Source: Anaerolineae bacterium
GTDB lineage: Bacteria; Chloroflexota; Anaerolineae; B4-G1; SLSP01
Reading direction: 5' to 3'
Length of the DNA: 64,000 bases
Assembly (NCBI GenBank): GCA_040767155.1
Contig: JAXGPC010000002.1
Coordinates: 806,863 to 870,862, forward strand
Shown here one piece after another: positions 14,186 through 23,915 of this stretch. The notes beneath the pieces were generated by a model, which had not been told where the DNA came from, made no database searches, and saw nothing but the letters and a program-made list of their open reading frames with translations. The first letter of the stretch is position 1. Every line of letters starts with the position of its first letter. The position numbers were made by a program, and so were the translations under genes.

Positions 14186-17100
14186 TCAGGCTTCGCTTGT
14201 GCCGTCGTGGCAGGCGGCGTGAAGGGTCCGTGCCAATTCGTCGAGCTGCAGCGGTTTGGAGAGCCATGCCCGTACGCCATAGGCGCGCAGCTCGGAGATG
14301 GGTTGCGCCTCGGCGTGGCCACTCATGATGAGCATGGGAATGTCGCGACCACGGGCGTGAAGGGCGTGGGCGAGGGCGGGTCCGCCCATCACGGGCATGA
14401 CGGCGTCGCTCAGGATGACATCGACGGCTGCGACGGGGGAATCGAGGAGGGCGAGGGCATCGTGGCCGTTTGCTGCTACGAGAACCTGGTAGCGCCATTC
14501 GAGGAGCATATGGTGGAGTGCCTCGCGGAGAGCGGCGTTGTCCTCGACGATGAGGACGGTCTCGCCGTTGCCGTGCAGCAAGGGCTCGTCGCCGGGCTGG
14601 GTTTCTGAGGGTGCAGCTTCGCGGAAGGCGGGGAGGTAGATCGTGAAGGTCGTTCCAGCCCCTGATGCGGTTTGGACGCCAATGTAGCCCTGGTGCTGGC
14701 TGACGAGGCCGTGCACCTGGGCCAGGCCGAGGCCGGTGCCCTTGCCAGGTGCCTTGGTGGACTGGAATGGTTCGAAGATGTGGGAGAGGAGCTCGTCGGG
14801 GATGCCGGTCCCGGTATCGGTGACCGCGATCCTGACCCAATCTCCGCCCGGCATTCCGGGCAGTGGCGGGTGCGCGGCTGTGCTGGTGACGTGGGACAGG
14901 GAGAACCGCAGGGCACCACCCTTGGGCATGGCGTCACGGGCGTTGATGGCCAGGTTGAGCAGGACCTGTTGCAGGCGCGTCACGTCGCCTTCGACCACGT
15001 ATTCTCCACTCTCGCAATCACACGATACGGCAATGGTCTCCGGAAGCGTGCGCTCGAGTAGCTTGACGTGCTCCTTGAGGAGCGGCATGAGATCCAGTGT
15101 CCGACGATCGAGCATCGAGCTACGGCTGAAGTCGAGCAACTGCTCGATGAGCCTGCTGGCGTGGTAGGCTTGCTGGGTGATCCCGGCGATGCGTTCGCGG
15201 TCGGGTTCCGAGAGTGCCGGGGATGCCTCGGTCAGGCGGGCGTGGAGGATGATCACGGCCATGATGTTGTTGAAGTCGTGGGCAATGCCCGCGGCCAGTT
15301 GTCCGACGGCAGCCAACCGGGCCTGTTGTTGGAGCTCGTCGCGCACCCGGCGCTCCTCGGTCGCGTCGTTGATGACCATGACCCAGTGTCCCGACGCGGG
15401 CGATCCGTTCTTCTCGATGGGCCGGGCGATTACCTCGAAAACACGGCCGGCACCACGGACCTCGTGCCACAATCCCTTGGGTGGGGACGTGAAGAACTCC
15501 TGGAGTGGCTGGCCGCCCAACGCCGTAAGCCGGTCGGCTTCTCCCTGTGCCAGGGCCGCTAGGTCGCGTTCGGCCAGCGGGTTATGGAGCAGGATGTGGC
15601 CATCCTCGCTCAGGAGCAGGACACCCTGCGGTACCGTCTCCAGGACGTGTTGGAGCTGTTCTGCCTGCGTCTGAATCTGGGAGAGGAGCAACTGCCGCTC
15701 TGCCACGGCTTGCCGGCGGCCGGTGACATCACGGCCCGTCCCGACGAGGCCGATCACGCGGCCGGAGGCATCGCGGAGGGGGAACTTCGACGTCTGGAGC
15801 CAGCGGGTGTTGCCGCGGCGATCGGTCACGAGCTCCTCGCGCTCAAGGACCGGCTCGCCGGTTGTGAGCACGTGCTGATCATCGGATGCAAAGGATGTGG
15901 CGATGCTTTTAGGGAACAGCTCGAAGTCCGTCTTGCCCAACACCTCGCGTTCGGAGTCGACGCCCATAAAGTCGAGGTCAGCGCGATTGGCGAGCGTCTT
16001 GCGGCCCCTGGAATCCTTGGCGTAGATCGAGTCAGGGATGTTGTCGATGACGGTGCGGAGGAGCAGGCGCTCCTGGATCAGTGCTTCTTCAGTCTGTTTG
16101 CGCCGGGTGATGTCGTCGAGGGCCATGATCGCGCAGGGCCGACCATCGAGGATCACCGAGTTCACCCTATACGTGACCCACATCGGGCGTGCGGGAAGGT
16201 CACGAGTTAGCAGTGCTTCGCCTGAATCGCCACCATGCGAGTCGAGCGCGCTCTTGATGGCCAGGTTGAGCGGACACAAGGCGCACTGGTCCGTGTATCC
16301 ACAGCCCCGTGGGTCTGTGTGTCGCATGTCACAGGCGATGAAGTCGCCACACCGGTGCCCTATAAGGGTAACGGTGTTCTGCCCGAAGAGTCGCTCCGCC
16401 AGCGGATTGGCGTATAGCAGGCGCTCGCCCTCGTCGAAAACAAGCATAGCGATGGGCGCAGCCGCAAGTGCTGAGGTAAGGTTGTCCTTCTCGCGCTGGA
16501 CGGCGTTCTCGGCTTCCAAACGCTCGACGATGTTCCACACAGCGTCCATGAGCAGCGTCAGTTGCAGGGCATCGGCCTCGGTGTACCCCGTGGCTTTGTT
16601 ACCCATGCCCACTGTGGCGACGATACGATCCTCGCGCGTGACCGGGATGGTTAGAAACGTCTCCAGCGGCACGTGGCCTTCGGGATAGCCTTTCTTCAGC
16701 GGGTTGGGTGCCTGAAAATCGTTGACGATGATCGGCCTGCGTTGACGCACTGCCTCGCCCCAGATCCCGGTTCTGTCAAGGTCGTAGATCAGTTGCGGCT
16801 CCTGGACGGAACAGGCGGGCATCACTTCCTTCGACCAGGCGTTCAGTACGAACTGCTTGCGGTCTTCGTCGTAGCGGTAGATGTAGCCGACGGTACTTTC
16901 TGTCAGTGTTACTGCCTCGTTAAGCGCGTAGTCCAGCAGGTCCTGAATCGACATTGCGGGGTGCTGCAGAATGCGGACGAGGGTGCGCAATCTCGCCTCG
17001 CTCTGGCGAACCATTGCTTCAGCGCTTCGTTCTGGAGTGACGTTTCTGATAATGGCGCCCACCCCGGTGCCATCAGTGAGTTGCACTGGGAACTTGCGTG

Positions 17101-17362
17101 ACTCGAATTCCTGATCTCCGACTGTCTCTGTGGTGACGACAATCCGGCCTTCGCGCAGCGCCCGCTCATCAGAGTCGCGGCAGGCGCGCGCCTGGGGTTC
17201 GGGCATCAGGTCAAAGTCGGTCTTGCCAAGGATCTCCGACTCAGATAGGCCGAAGTAGGCGCAGTTGGCACGGTTGATCATCGTGTAGCGAAACTCCGCA
17301 TCCTTGACGTAGGCGAGATCCGTCATTGCATCGAGGAACGACTGCGGGTACCCCGCATCCAT
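14186..17362 (-). CDS. Cytoplasmic hybrid sensor kinase (PAS, GAF, PAS x3, HisKA, HATPase, REC)
   Basis: PAS motifs (YVKD...LGKTDFDL; YAKD...LGKTDFEL), [19 protein letters not shown], receiver IVEDN...SDAVMP. Start uncertain: ATG 17362 chosen, ORF is open to 17497. Confidence 0.92.
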   Translation of the reverse strand: MDAGYPQSFLDAMTDLAYVKDAEFRYTMINRANCAYFGLSESEILGKTDFDLMPEPQARACRDSDERALREGRIVVTTETVGDQEFESRKFPVQLTDGTGVGAIIRNVTPERSAEAMVRQSEARLRTLVRILQHPAMSIQDLLDYALNEAVTLTESTVGYIYRYDEDRKQFVLNAWSKEVMPACSVQEPQLIYDLDRTGIWGEAVRQRRPIIVNDFQAPNPLKKGYPEGHVPLETFLTIPVTREDRIVATVGMGNKATGYTEADALQLTLLMDAVWNIVERLEAENAVQREKDNLTSALAAAPIAMLVFDEGERLLYANPLAERLFGQNTVTLIGHRCGDFIACDMRHTDPRGCGYTDQCALCPLNLAIKSALDSHGGDSGEALLTRDLPARPMWVTYRVNSVILDGRPCAIMALDDITRRKQTEEALIQERLLLRTVIDNIPDSIYAKDSRGRKTLANRADLDFMGVDSEREVLGKTDFELFPKSIATSFASDDQHVLTTGEPVLEREELVTDRRGNTRWLQTSKFPLRDASGRVIGLVGTGRDVTGRRQAVAERQLLLSQIQTQAEQLQHVLETVPQGVLLLSEDGHILLHNPLAERDLAALAQGEADRLTALGGQPLQEFFTSPPKGLWHEVRGAGRVFEVIARPIEKNGSPASGHWVMVINDATEERRVRDELQQQARLAAVGQLAAGIAHDFNNIMAVIILHARLTEASPALSEPDRERIAGITQQAYHASRLIEQLLDFSRSSMLDRRTLDLMPLLKEHVKLLERTLPETIAVSCDCESGEYVVEGDVTRLQQVLLNLAINARDAMPKGGALRFSLSHVTSTAAHPPLPGMPGGDWVRIAVTDTGTGIPDELLSHIFEPFQSTKAPGKGTGLGLAQVHGLVSQHQGYIGVQTASGAGTTFTIYLPAFREAAPSETQPGDEPLLHGNGETVLIVEDNAALREALHHMLLEWRYQVLVAANGHDALALLDSPVAAVDVILSDAVMPVMGGPALAHALHARGRDIPMLIMSGHAEAQPISELRAYGVRAWLSKPLQLDELARTLHAACHDGTSEA

Positions 17363-17506
17363 AGGGCGTCGAACTGCCACAAAGCACCTCCCGAGGAATG
17401 CGCCAACCGCCGGTGCAGAGCCATGATCTGCGCACGGCGAGCTAGATCTTACCGTTTTGTAACAATCCCAGTGTACCCTGGAGGCTGCCACAGTCAAATC
17501 GATTGG

Positions 17507-18763
17507 TTAGCGTGGCCCTATGGCTTCGGGCTTGGCTATAGTCTCGATGATGAGATCTGGCGCGAGAGCAGCCAGTTCCAGGTCGCTGGCGGCGGGAAAT
17601 CCGACGCCAAGCGCGGTCCCCAGGACGATGGCAACGGATTTTGTCGCTTCAACGGCGGCCGTGGGTTCGAGGGTGGGTGTTGATACAACGGCGGGTGTCG
17701 CCTCGACAGCGCACGGCATGTGACCAGCCTCGCCAGCGTGCGTTGCTGCAGCAGCCGTGCCGTCGTGAATGAGGGTCAGCTCCGGGTGCCAGCCACAGGT
17801 TGCTGCGACGTGCTCGGCGATCAGTTGCGGCACGTCATCGGCGAGCATACTCATCCGTGCGTAGATGCCATTGCCCATCAGCCGTGTACCCTCGACGTAT
17901 GCTGCGATGCTCATGGCTACCTGGCGATCGACGTGCCATCCCCGACTGGCTGCCTCCTCCATGCTCGTGCCCAGAGCCTCGGTGACGAGATCCAACACTG
18001 CCCGTCCGGCGATGTTCTGCCCTGCACTGGGGCTGTTCTGCCATCGCCACGGCACGGGGTGAGGGGCCAGGACGGCAACGTGGGTAATCGTTCGCTCTTG
18101 AAAGGTCACGACCGATCTCTTGATCGACGTTTGGCCCAGATCCAGGACCAGGGCGTGTCTTTGTCCTGTCGAGGTGTGTGCTGCGGGCAAGCACCGAGCT
18201 GCCCCGAGCGTGGCGATGTGGCCAGGATAGGGTGTGCGTTCGATCTGCAAAGCACTACATCCAGCTTCGGCTAACACGGATCGTGCGTGGGTCACGAGTT
18301 GCCGTCCCAGAGCCCCGGCAACCACACCCCCACCGAGCCAGACATGGCGCACGCTGGCCCACTGTGACCACTCCTGTGCCGTCCATTCCGCGCGTGCGGC
18401 TCGGTTGACCTCATCGCCGCGGTGCAGTACTGCAAGCAGATATCCGAGGTTGCGGCCGAGTCGTCTGGCAATGGACTCGGCAGCGTGGCGGGCCGCAGGG
18501 TCGGCGCTGTTGAAGGAAGCATCGACCCATAGGGGCAGGCTCTGCCGCACCTCGGGCATCTGAGGGTCTGCATCTCGGAGCGCCGTTGGCAGCTCTAGAG
18601 CCTCGGCTTGTTCTCGAGCGTACCGGATCAGAGCTGGGACGGATACGAGATGGTATGCTTGCTCACCGAGAACACCCTCGTCAACCTTCACCGAGGGAAG
18701 ATCGACAAGGGTGATGCGATTGACGGAAGCTGCTAGCGGTGTGTGGCTTGCTATGCCCGACAT
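17507..18763 (-). CDS. ROK/ASKHA-like sugar-kinase-fold protein with apparently permuted motif order
   Basis: VWLGGGV and ATLGAA precede LVLDLGQTSIK, LIHDGTAAA and IVLGTALGVG. Confidence 0.65.
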   Translation of the reverse strand: MSGIASHTPLAASVNRITLVDLPSVKVDEGVLGEQAYHLVSVPALIRYAREQAEALELPTALRDADPQMPEVRQSLPLWVDASFNSADPAARHAAESIARRLGRNLGYLLAVLHRGDEVNRAARAEWTAQEWSQWASVRHVWLGGGVVAGALGRQLVTHARSVLAEAGCSALQIERTPYPGHIATLGAARCLPAAHTSTGQRHALVLDLGQTSIKRSVVTFQERTITHVAVLAPHPVPWRWQNSPSAGQNIAGRAVLDLVTEALGTSMEEAASRGWHVDRQVAMSIAAYVEGTRLMGNGIYARMSMLADDVPQLIAEHVAATCGWHPELTLIHDGTAAAATHAGEAGHMPCAVEATPAVVSTPTLEPTAAVEATKSVAIVLGTALGVGFPAASDLELAALAPDLIIETIAKPEAIGPR

Positions 18764-18786
18764 CCGTCCCCGCCGGTTGCTCTTGC

Positions 18787-19290
18787 TTACCAGGTGTTGC
18801 GGTGGACGAGGGCGTCCATCCAGCGCTCGACGCGGCCACGATCTTCAGCCGGGTGTCCGAGCGCGATGAGGGCGAATGGGACGAACGGTTCATGGATGTC
18901 GAAGAGTACCTTCAGGCCGCCGACGCGGCCTTCATCGGGGTAGACGCCGGTCCAGCAGGTGCCCAAGCCCAAGGCCCGTGCGGCGAGGAGTAGGTTTTCG
19001 GTCGCCGCGGCGCAGTCCTGTTGGAAGAAGCGGGGGGACTTGCTCGTGTCAGCCACCACGAGGATGCCGACCGGTGCCTCGGCGAGCATTCTGGCGTAGG
19101 GGTGGACGGCCATCATCGCGTCCAGCCGATCGCGGCCGTCGACGACGAGGAAGTGCCACGGCTGCCGGTTGTTGGCCGACGGGGCATTCATCGCCGCCTC
19201 CAAAACTGTCTGCAGATCCTCTTCGGAGACAGGCTCTGAGGTGTACTTGCGAATGCTCCGCCGGGTGAAGAGTGTCTCAAGTGCGTCCAT
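18787..19290 (-). CDS. Nitroreductase family protein
   Basis: RRSIRKY, APSANNRQPWHF, LLLAARALGLGTCW, IALGHP. Confidence 0.93.
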   Translation of the reverse strand: MDALETLFTRRSIRKYTSEPVSEEDLQTVLEAAMNAPSANNRQPWHFLVVDGRDRLDAMMAVHPYARMLAEAPVGILVVADTSKSPRFFQQDCAAATENLLLAARALGLGTCWTGVYPDEGRVGGLKVLFDIHEPFVPFALIALGHPAEDRGRVERWMDALVHRNTW

Positions 19291-19322
19291 CGTGTCATTT
19301 CCTTCTGGATAGCTAAGGATGG

Positions 19323-21095
19323 TCAGTTGCTTCTGAATGGCACTTCGGTGACCGTGGCGCGGATCGCTGCCTCCATCGCAGCGATTTGCTGCTTGGCAAC
19401 CGAGACGGCATCGGGTCGGGGGACGAGCTCGCGCGCGTCCGCAGTGCGAAGCTTGAACTCGACAGCGTTCTGGGCAAGGCCGCGGCGCGCGACCGTCAGA
19501 CGCAGGGGCAGTCCGAGGAGGTCCGCATCGTTGAACTTGATCCCGGGGCTGCGGTCGCGATCATCGTAGAGCACCTCGACGCCGGCGGCAAGCAGCTCAG
19601 CGTAGAGGGCATCGGCAGCGGCTTCGGCGTCCGATCCGACCGGACCGAGGTTAATCAGGTGCACATGGTAGGGTGCGACGGAGACGGGCCAGACGAGCCC
19701 CTGGGCGTCGTTATGGGTCTCGGCAATACACGCCATGGCCCGTCCGATGCCAATACCGTAGGAGCCCATCACAACCGGACGCGCAACGCCATCCTCATCG
19801 CTGAAGGTGGCGCCCATCGCGGCGCTATAGCGGGTGCCCAGCTTGAAAATGTTGCCGATCTCGACGCCGCGCTCTGCCCGCATCGCGGCCCCACAGTGGG
19901 GGCAGGCGCTCCCCTGCTCAGCGGCAGCAATGTCGCAGACAATGTCGGGGGTGAAGTCGCGCCCTGCGTTGACGTTGAGGAGGTGATAGCCCACTTCGTT
20001 GGCTCCAGCCACGAGGTTCGGCGAGGCGGCGACAGCCTCATCGATGACGATGATGCAGTCGTGGACACCGACGGGCGATCCGTAGCCAGGCTCTGCTCCG
20101 ATCGCGCGGATCTCGGCCTCAGTGGCGGGGCGCAACTCCTGTGCCTTGACCGCATTGGCCAGCTTGGTCTCGTTGAGGGTCATATCGCCGCGCACGACGC
20201 AGAAGACAAAGCGTTCGGCATCCTCACCTCCCGAGTTCACGGTGGCGACCATGAAGACTGCCTTGGCGGTCCGGGCAGGCGACAGGCTCAGGAACGTGGT
20301 CAGGTTCTGAATGGTGGTGATGCCCGGCGTAGGGATTTTGTGAATGGGCTGCAGTGCCTCAGGTGGGGCCGCCGGTTTCCTGAACCGCGCTACCTGGCGG
20401 TTCGCGGCGTAGCCGCACCGGTCGCAGAGCAGCAGCGTGTCTTCGCCTATCGCCGTCAGTGCCATGAACTCGTGGGCCATGGTGCCGCCCATCATGCCTG
20501 TGTCGGATCCCACGGCGATGGGCTGCAGTCCGCAGCGCCGGAAGATGTTGAAGTAGGCCTGGTAGTGGGCCCGGTACTGGCGATCCAGGCCAGCTTCGTC
20601 GACGTCGAGGCTGTAGCTGTCTTTCATCGTGAATTCGCGCACGCGGATCAGTCCCGCGCGTGGTCGGGGGTCATCGCGCCACTTGGTCTGGATGTGGTAG
20701 ACCAGGGCAGGCAGGTCGCGGTAGGAGTGGATCTCCTGGCGGACCAGGTCGGTCAAGACTTCCTCGTGCGTCATCGCCAGGACCATGTCGCGATCTGTGC
20801 GATCCTTGAAGCGCCCCATCTCGGCGCCGATCGTGTACCAGCGCCCGGTCTCTTGCCAGATTTCGGCAGGGTTGACGATGGGCATCTTGAGCTCCTGTCC
20901 GCCGATAGCGTTCATCTCGTCGCGTACGATCGCTTCGATCTTGGCGAGGGTGCGCAGCCCGAGAGGCAGTGCGCTGAAGATGCCGGCTGCGTGCTGACGT
21001 ATCATGCCCGCTCGCAGAAGAAGTTGGTGGCTGAGGACCTGCGCGTCGGAGGGTGCCTCGCGCAGCGTATTGCCGAAGAGTCGGGTCATGCGCAT
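19323..21095 (-). CDS. proS: Proline--tRNA ligase (bacterial type with INS editing domain)
   Basis: SHQLLLRAGMIRQ, MTHEE, KWRDDPRPRAGLIRVREFTMKDSYS, GIEIGNIFKLG, MGSYGIG; anticodon-binding DDRDRSPGIKFNDADLLG. Confidence 0.97.
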   Translation of the reverse strand: MRMTRLFGNTLREAPSDAQVLSHQLLLRAGMIRQHAAGIFSALPLGLRTLAKIEAIVRDEMNAIGGQELKMPIVNPAEIWQETGRWYTIGAEMGRFKDRTDRDMVLAMTHEEVLTDLVRQEIHSYRDLPALVYHIQTKWRDDPRPRAGLIRVREFTMKDSYSLDVDEAGLDRQYRAHYQAYFNIFRRCGLQPIAVGSDTGMMGGTMAHEFMALTAIGEDTLLLCDRCGYAANRQVARFRKPAAPPEALQPIHKIPTPGITTIQNLTTFLSLSPARTAKAVFMVATVNSGGEDAERFVFCVVRGDMTLNETKLANAVKAQELRPATEAEIRAIGAEPGYGSPVGVHDCIIVIDEAVAASPNLVAGANEVGYHLLNVNAGRDFTPDIVCDIAAAEQGSACPHCGAAMRAERGVEIGNIFKLGTRYSAAMGATFSDEDGVARPVVMGSYGIGIGRAMACIAETHNDAQGLVWPVSVAPYHVHLINLGPVGSDAEAAADALYAELLAAGVEVLYDDRDRSPGIKFNDADLLGLPLRLTVARRGLAQNAVEFKLRTADARELVPRPDAVSVAKQQIAAMEAAIRATVTEVPFRSN

Positions 21096-21112
21096 GGGTG
21101 GGTGTCCTTCCG

Positions 21113-22684
21113 TCAGCCAGTTCTAGGCTGACCCCTGGTCTGGCTGCGAATCAGGCGCACGGCATCGCGCGCACCGACCATCACACTCTGAACGCCACCG
21201 CCGCTCTTGCTTTGAGAGCCGATGAACCAGAGGCCCTTGACCGGCGTCTCATATCCTGGCGCATCCTGGCCCAGAACCGGAACCCGGCCTCCAAAGGCGT
21301 GGTGGGCCTGGTGGGTCCGCTCGCGGAAGTCATCAGGGGTCAGGACGACCTGGGTTCTGACGTGGTCGCGCAGCACAGGGATCACGCGCTCGGCGTAGGC
21401 GATGAGCTTGTTGGCGAACTCACGCCGCCGGCTTTCCCATGTGCCCTCATTGAGCTCATTGGGAGCGATCGTGTAGATCGTAATGGCATGGTGCCGTTGA
21501 GGCGCCATCGCCGGGGAGTGCATCGAGGGGATATAGAGCACGAAACCGTCCGCGCCCTCGTGGTATTGCCCACGCAGACAGGCGGCGACACCCGACTCAA
21601 TGTCGTAGGTACCGTAGTAGTAACCCAGGGGCCCGGGTTGGTAGGGGCGCGGATCCAGGTCCACGCCCAGGTGTACCATGAACACCGATTCCATCAGCTC
21701 GAGCTCGTCAACAAGGTAGGCGAAGTCGGAGGTGAGGTATTCGCGGCCCACCAACGTGTGGAAGGTGTCCTTCGCGCCGCCGCTAGCGATCACGATGTCT
21801 GCCGGCTCTATGTGGCCGCCGGCAAGGGCCACACCGCGAACGCGGTCGCCCTCCACGAGGATCTTTTCGACCGTGGCATGGGTGTAGATCCGGGCCCCGT
21901 GTTGGCGAAGCACCGTACCGAGCGCCTTGACCAGGGTATCACAGCCGTTGAGGACAAACTGGAAGCTGGGGCGCTTTCCCGCGCGTGACAGGCGACGCGG
22001 AATGCGTTCGTCAAAGCTGTTCTCGACGTTGAGCGCCGGCACCGCGAGCGCCGGGAACCGGCTCGGGCGGGCCACAAAGTCGGCCAGGATCGCGGTGAAC
22101 ACGGCTTTGAGCCGCTGGTCGACGAAGAAGTGGTCCATCAGTTGCTGGGCAGACCAGGCCTCGCGCTGTTTGACGCGGTTGAACGCGTGCCAGAGCTGCA
22201 GTTTGAGCAAGCTCTTGCGGGGCTCACGGGCGACGTCCGTGCGTGCATTGAGCGCCACGACGTCGAGCATCCGGTTGTAGAAGGCGTAGTAGTTGTCGAC
22301 GGACTGGCGCTCGGCAGGAAAGAGCGTTTTCAGTCGCTCACGGCGCCAGTTGGGGCCCAGATAGGTGTCGGGGCGCCAGAGGTTGAAGTCAGGGAAGACG
22401 TATCCGCGGTCGCCAGCCTTGAGGGCCACCTTGTCGGAGATGCCAAGGTCCCGAAGGATGTGCCCGCCGCGCTCATCGGGCGCCATCCCCTCGATGAGCA
22501 GGGGCCCGAGATCCCAGGCGTAGCCGTTCTCGCGTAGCGTTGCGGTGACTCCGCCAATCTCGGCGGCCTGTTCGTAGAGGGTGACAGGATGCCCGGCCCT
22601 GGCAAGGTACGCGGCTGCGGTGAGGCCCGACAATCCAGCGCCGATAACAATGACATTGTTCCGGACCTGACTTCGTTTGCGCAT
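21113..22684 (-). CDS. Phytoene desaturase-like NAD(P)/FAD-dependent oxidoreductase
   Basis: VIGAGLSGL...EQAAEIGG Rossmann motif, WDLGP, SVFMVHLG, TPDDF, TPVKGLWFIG...GGGV. Confidence 0.85.
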   Translation of the reverse strand: MRKRSQVRNNVIVIGAGLSGLTAAAYLARAGHPVTLYEQAAEIGGVTATLRENGYAWDLGPLLIEGMAPDERGGHILRDLGISDKVALKAGDRGYVFPDFNLWRPDTYLGPNWRRERLKTLFPAERQSVDNYYAFYNRMLDVVALNARTDVAREPRKSLLKLQLWHAFNRVKQREAWSAQQLMDHFFVDQRLKAVFTAILADFVARPSRFPALAVPALNVENSFDERIPRRLSRAGKRPSFQFVLNGCDTLVKALGTVLRQHGARIYTHATVEKILVEGDRVRGVALAGGHIEPADIVIASGGAKDTFHTLVGREYLTSDFAYLVDELELMESVFMVHLGVDLDPRPYQPGPLGYYYGTYDIESGVAACLRGQYHEGADGFVLYIPSMHSPAMAPQRHHAITIYTIAPNELNEGTWESRRREFANKLIAYAERVIPVLRDHVRTQVVLTPDDFRERTHQAHHAFGGRVPVLGQDAPGYETPVKGLWFIGSQSKSGGGVQSVMVGARDAVRLIRSQTRGQPRTG

Positions 22685-22747
22685 TGTAGGTGCCCCCTTA
22701 CACCGAATGCCGCCACGGACGGCGCCACGTACTGTCGATGGTCTGGT

Positions 22748-22799
22748 GTACGGTGCTACCGCACGGTGCCACTACACGGCGCTAGCTCACGGGACTAAC
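22748..22799. repeat. Degenerate 13-bp direct repeat x4
   Basis: GTACGGTGCTACC / GCACGGTGCCACT / ACACGGCGCTAGC / TCACGGGACTAAC in consecutive 13-nt register. Confidence 0.5.
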
Positions 22800-23841
22800 G
22801 CACCTTAAACAGGAGTACGAGCAAGATGGGTGTGCCAATCGCCTGCAGGAGCACAAAGCGTACCAGAACCTGGGTGTCGGACCAGCCAAGCGTGTGGCGC
22901 ACATGGTCATGCAACGGATAGCGAATGCCTTTGAAGATGCTGATTCTGAAGAAGCGCAACAGAGCCACCTTGAGGAGGCCTGTTGCGCCGTTGACCAACA
23001 CGACGCCGGTGACGACAAAGATCAGGAAGGGATTGCCCGAAGCCATCACAAGCAAGCCCAGTAGAAGCCCCATCGGTCGGGAGCCGGCATCCCCCATCAA
23101 GACGGCGCTGGGCAGGCTGTTGTGCCACAGGTAGCCGGCGAGACAGCCCACCATGATGAAGGCCATCAGCGCCCAGTTAGCGCCATCTGCGTAGTGTGGC
23201 ACGAGAAGGTAACGCGAGATGTCTTGGTGACCCACCACGCCGTAGAGTATGCCCCCGAGGTAGATGAAGGCCAGGATTGACAGACTGGCCGAAAGACCAT
23301 CGACGCCATCGGTGCAGTTGGTCGCGTTGATCATCACCCAGAGCACGGCTGTGGCGAGGGGGATGAAGAGCCAGGGCGATATGGTGAAGGGCGTCTTGAA
23401 CAGGGGCAGCCAGATCACGTAGTCCTGGAACTGGCACAGTGTCACCGCGCCGAGGAGGGAGACGCCGAGATCCAGCGCACCCAGCCTGTACTCTCCCCAG
23501 CCGTGGCTCCTGTCGTCGAGGTATCCCTCGAGCATGGACAGCACGATGCAGCCGACGACGCCGACGACGCGCCAGTCAAAGGGCATGACGAGCAGGGCGA
23601 CGATGGCAAAGACCGAGACAAAGATCAGTCCCGCGCCAACTGGCTTCCCCTTGGCCTTTTCTGCATCGACCGCGTAGACACGCCCTTGATCGTGGGGAAG
23701 CCGGTCCCATAGACGCGGCAGCGCAAACCAGGTACTGAGCGCCGCCATCGCGGCGCCAATGCTCGCCAGAAATAGGTAGGAATTGAACAGCCGAAAGGGC
23801 CCCCAAAACTGTGTGAGTTGCTCACCGAGCCAGGGCAGCAA
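22795..23841 (-). CDS. MraY-like polyprenyl-phosphate sugar-1-phosphate transferase (divergent phospho-MurNAc-pentapeptide transferase)
   Basis: Polytopic membrane protein with GYLDD, NATNCTDGVDGL, VLMGDAGS and YPLHDH. TTG start behind AAGGAG. Confidence 0.85.
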   Translation of the reverse strand: MLPWLGEQLTQFWGPFRLFNSYLFLASIGAAMAALSTWFALPRLWDRLPHDQGRVYAVDAEKAKGKPVGAGLIFVSVFAIVALLVMPFDWRVVGVVGCIVLSMLEGYLDDRSHGWGEYRLGALDLGVSLLGAVTLCQFQDYVIWLPLFKTPFTISPWLFIPLATAVLWVMINATNCTDGVDGLSASLSILAFIYLGGILYGVVGHQDISRYLLVPHYADGANWALMAFIMVGCLAGYLWHNSLPSAVLMGDAGSRPMGLLLGLLVMASGNPFLIFVVTGVVLVNGATGLLKVALLRFFRISIFKGIRYPLHDHVRHTLGWSDTQVLVRFVLLQAIGTPILLVLLFKVR

Positions 23842-23880
23842 GGGTCATCTCCTTAATCTTTAAGCCAGATGTCAGCGGTC

Positions 23881-23889
23881 ATTATACCA
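23881..23889 (-). promoter_or_regulatory. Extended -10 promoter for the MraY-like gene
   Basis: TGGTATAAT on the minus strand 40 nt upstream of the start. Confidence 0.55.
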
Positions 23890-23915
23890 GGGGGGCCGGT
23901 TATGCCATATCGCCA

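Noticed and set aside
17640-17712. Short AVEAT peptide repeat in the ROK-like protein
   Set aside because: Two diverged 15-nt copies in a low-complexity loop; too weak to call a repeat feature.
21096-21113. T-box leader upstream of proS
   Set aside because: Only 17 nt separate proS from the upstream gene; no room and no T-box motif.
19386-21131. 581-aa plus-strand ORF antisense to proS
   Set aside because: Shadow ORF expected from high-GC codon bias; no recognisable motifs and fully overlaps a clear housekeeping gene.
21113-22684. Calling the FAD oxidoreductase crtI
   Set aside because: No crtB/crtE nearby, and the family includes many non-carotenoid enzymes.
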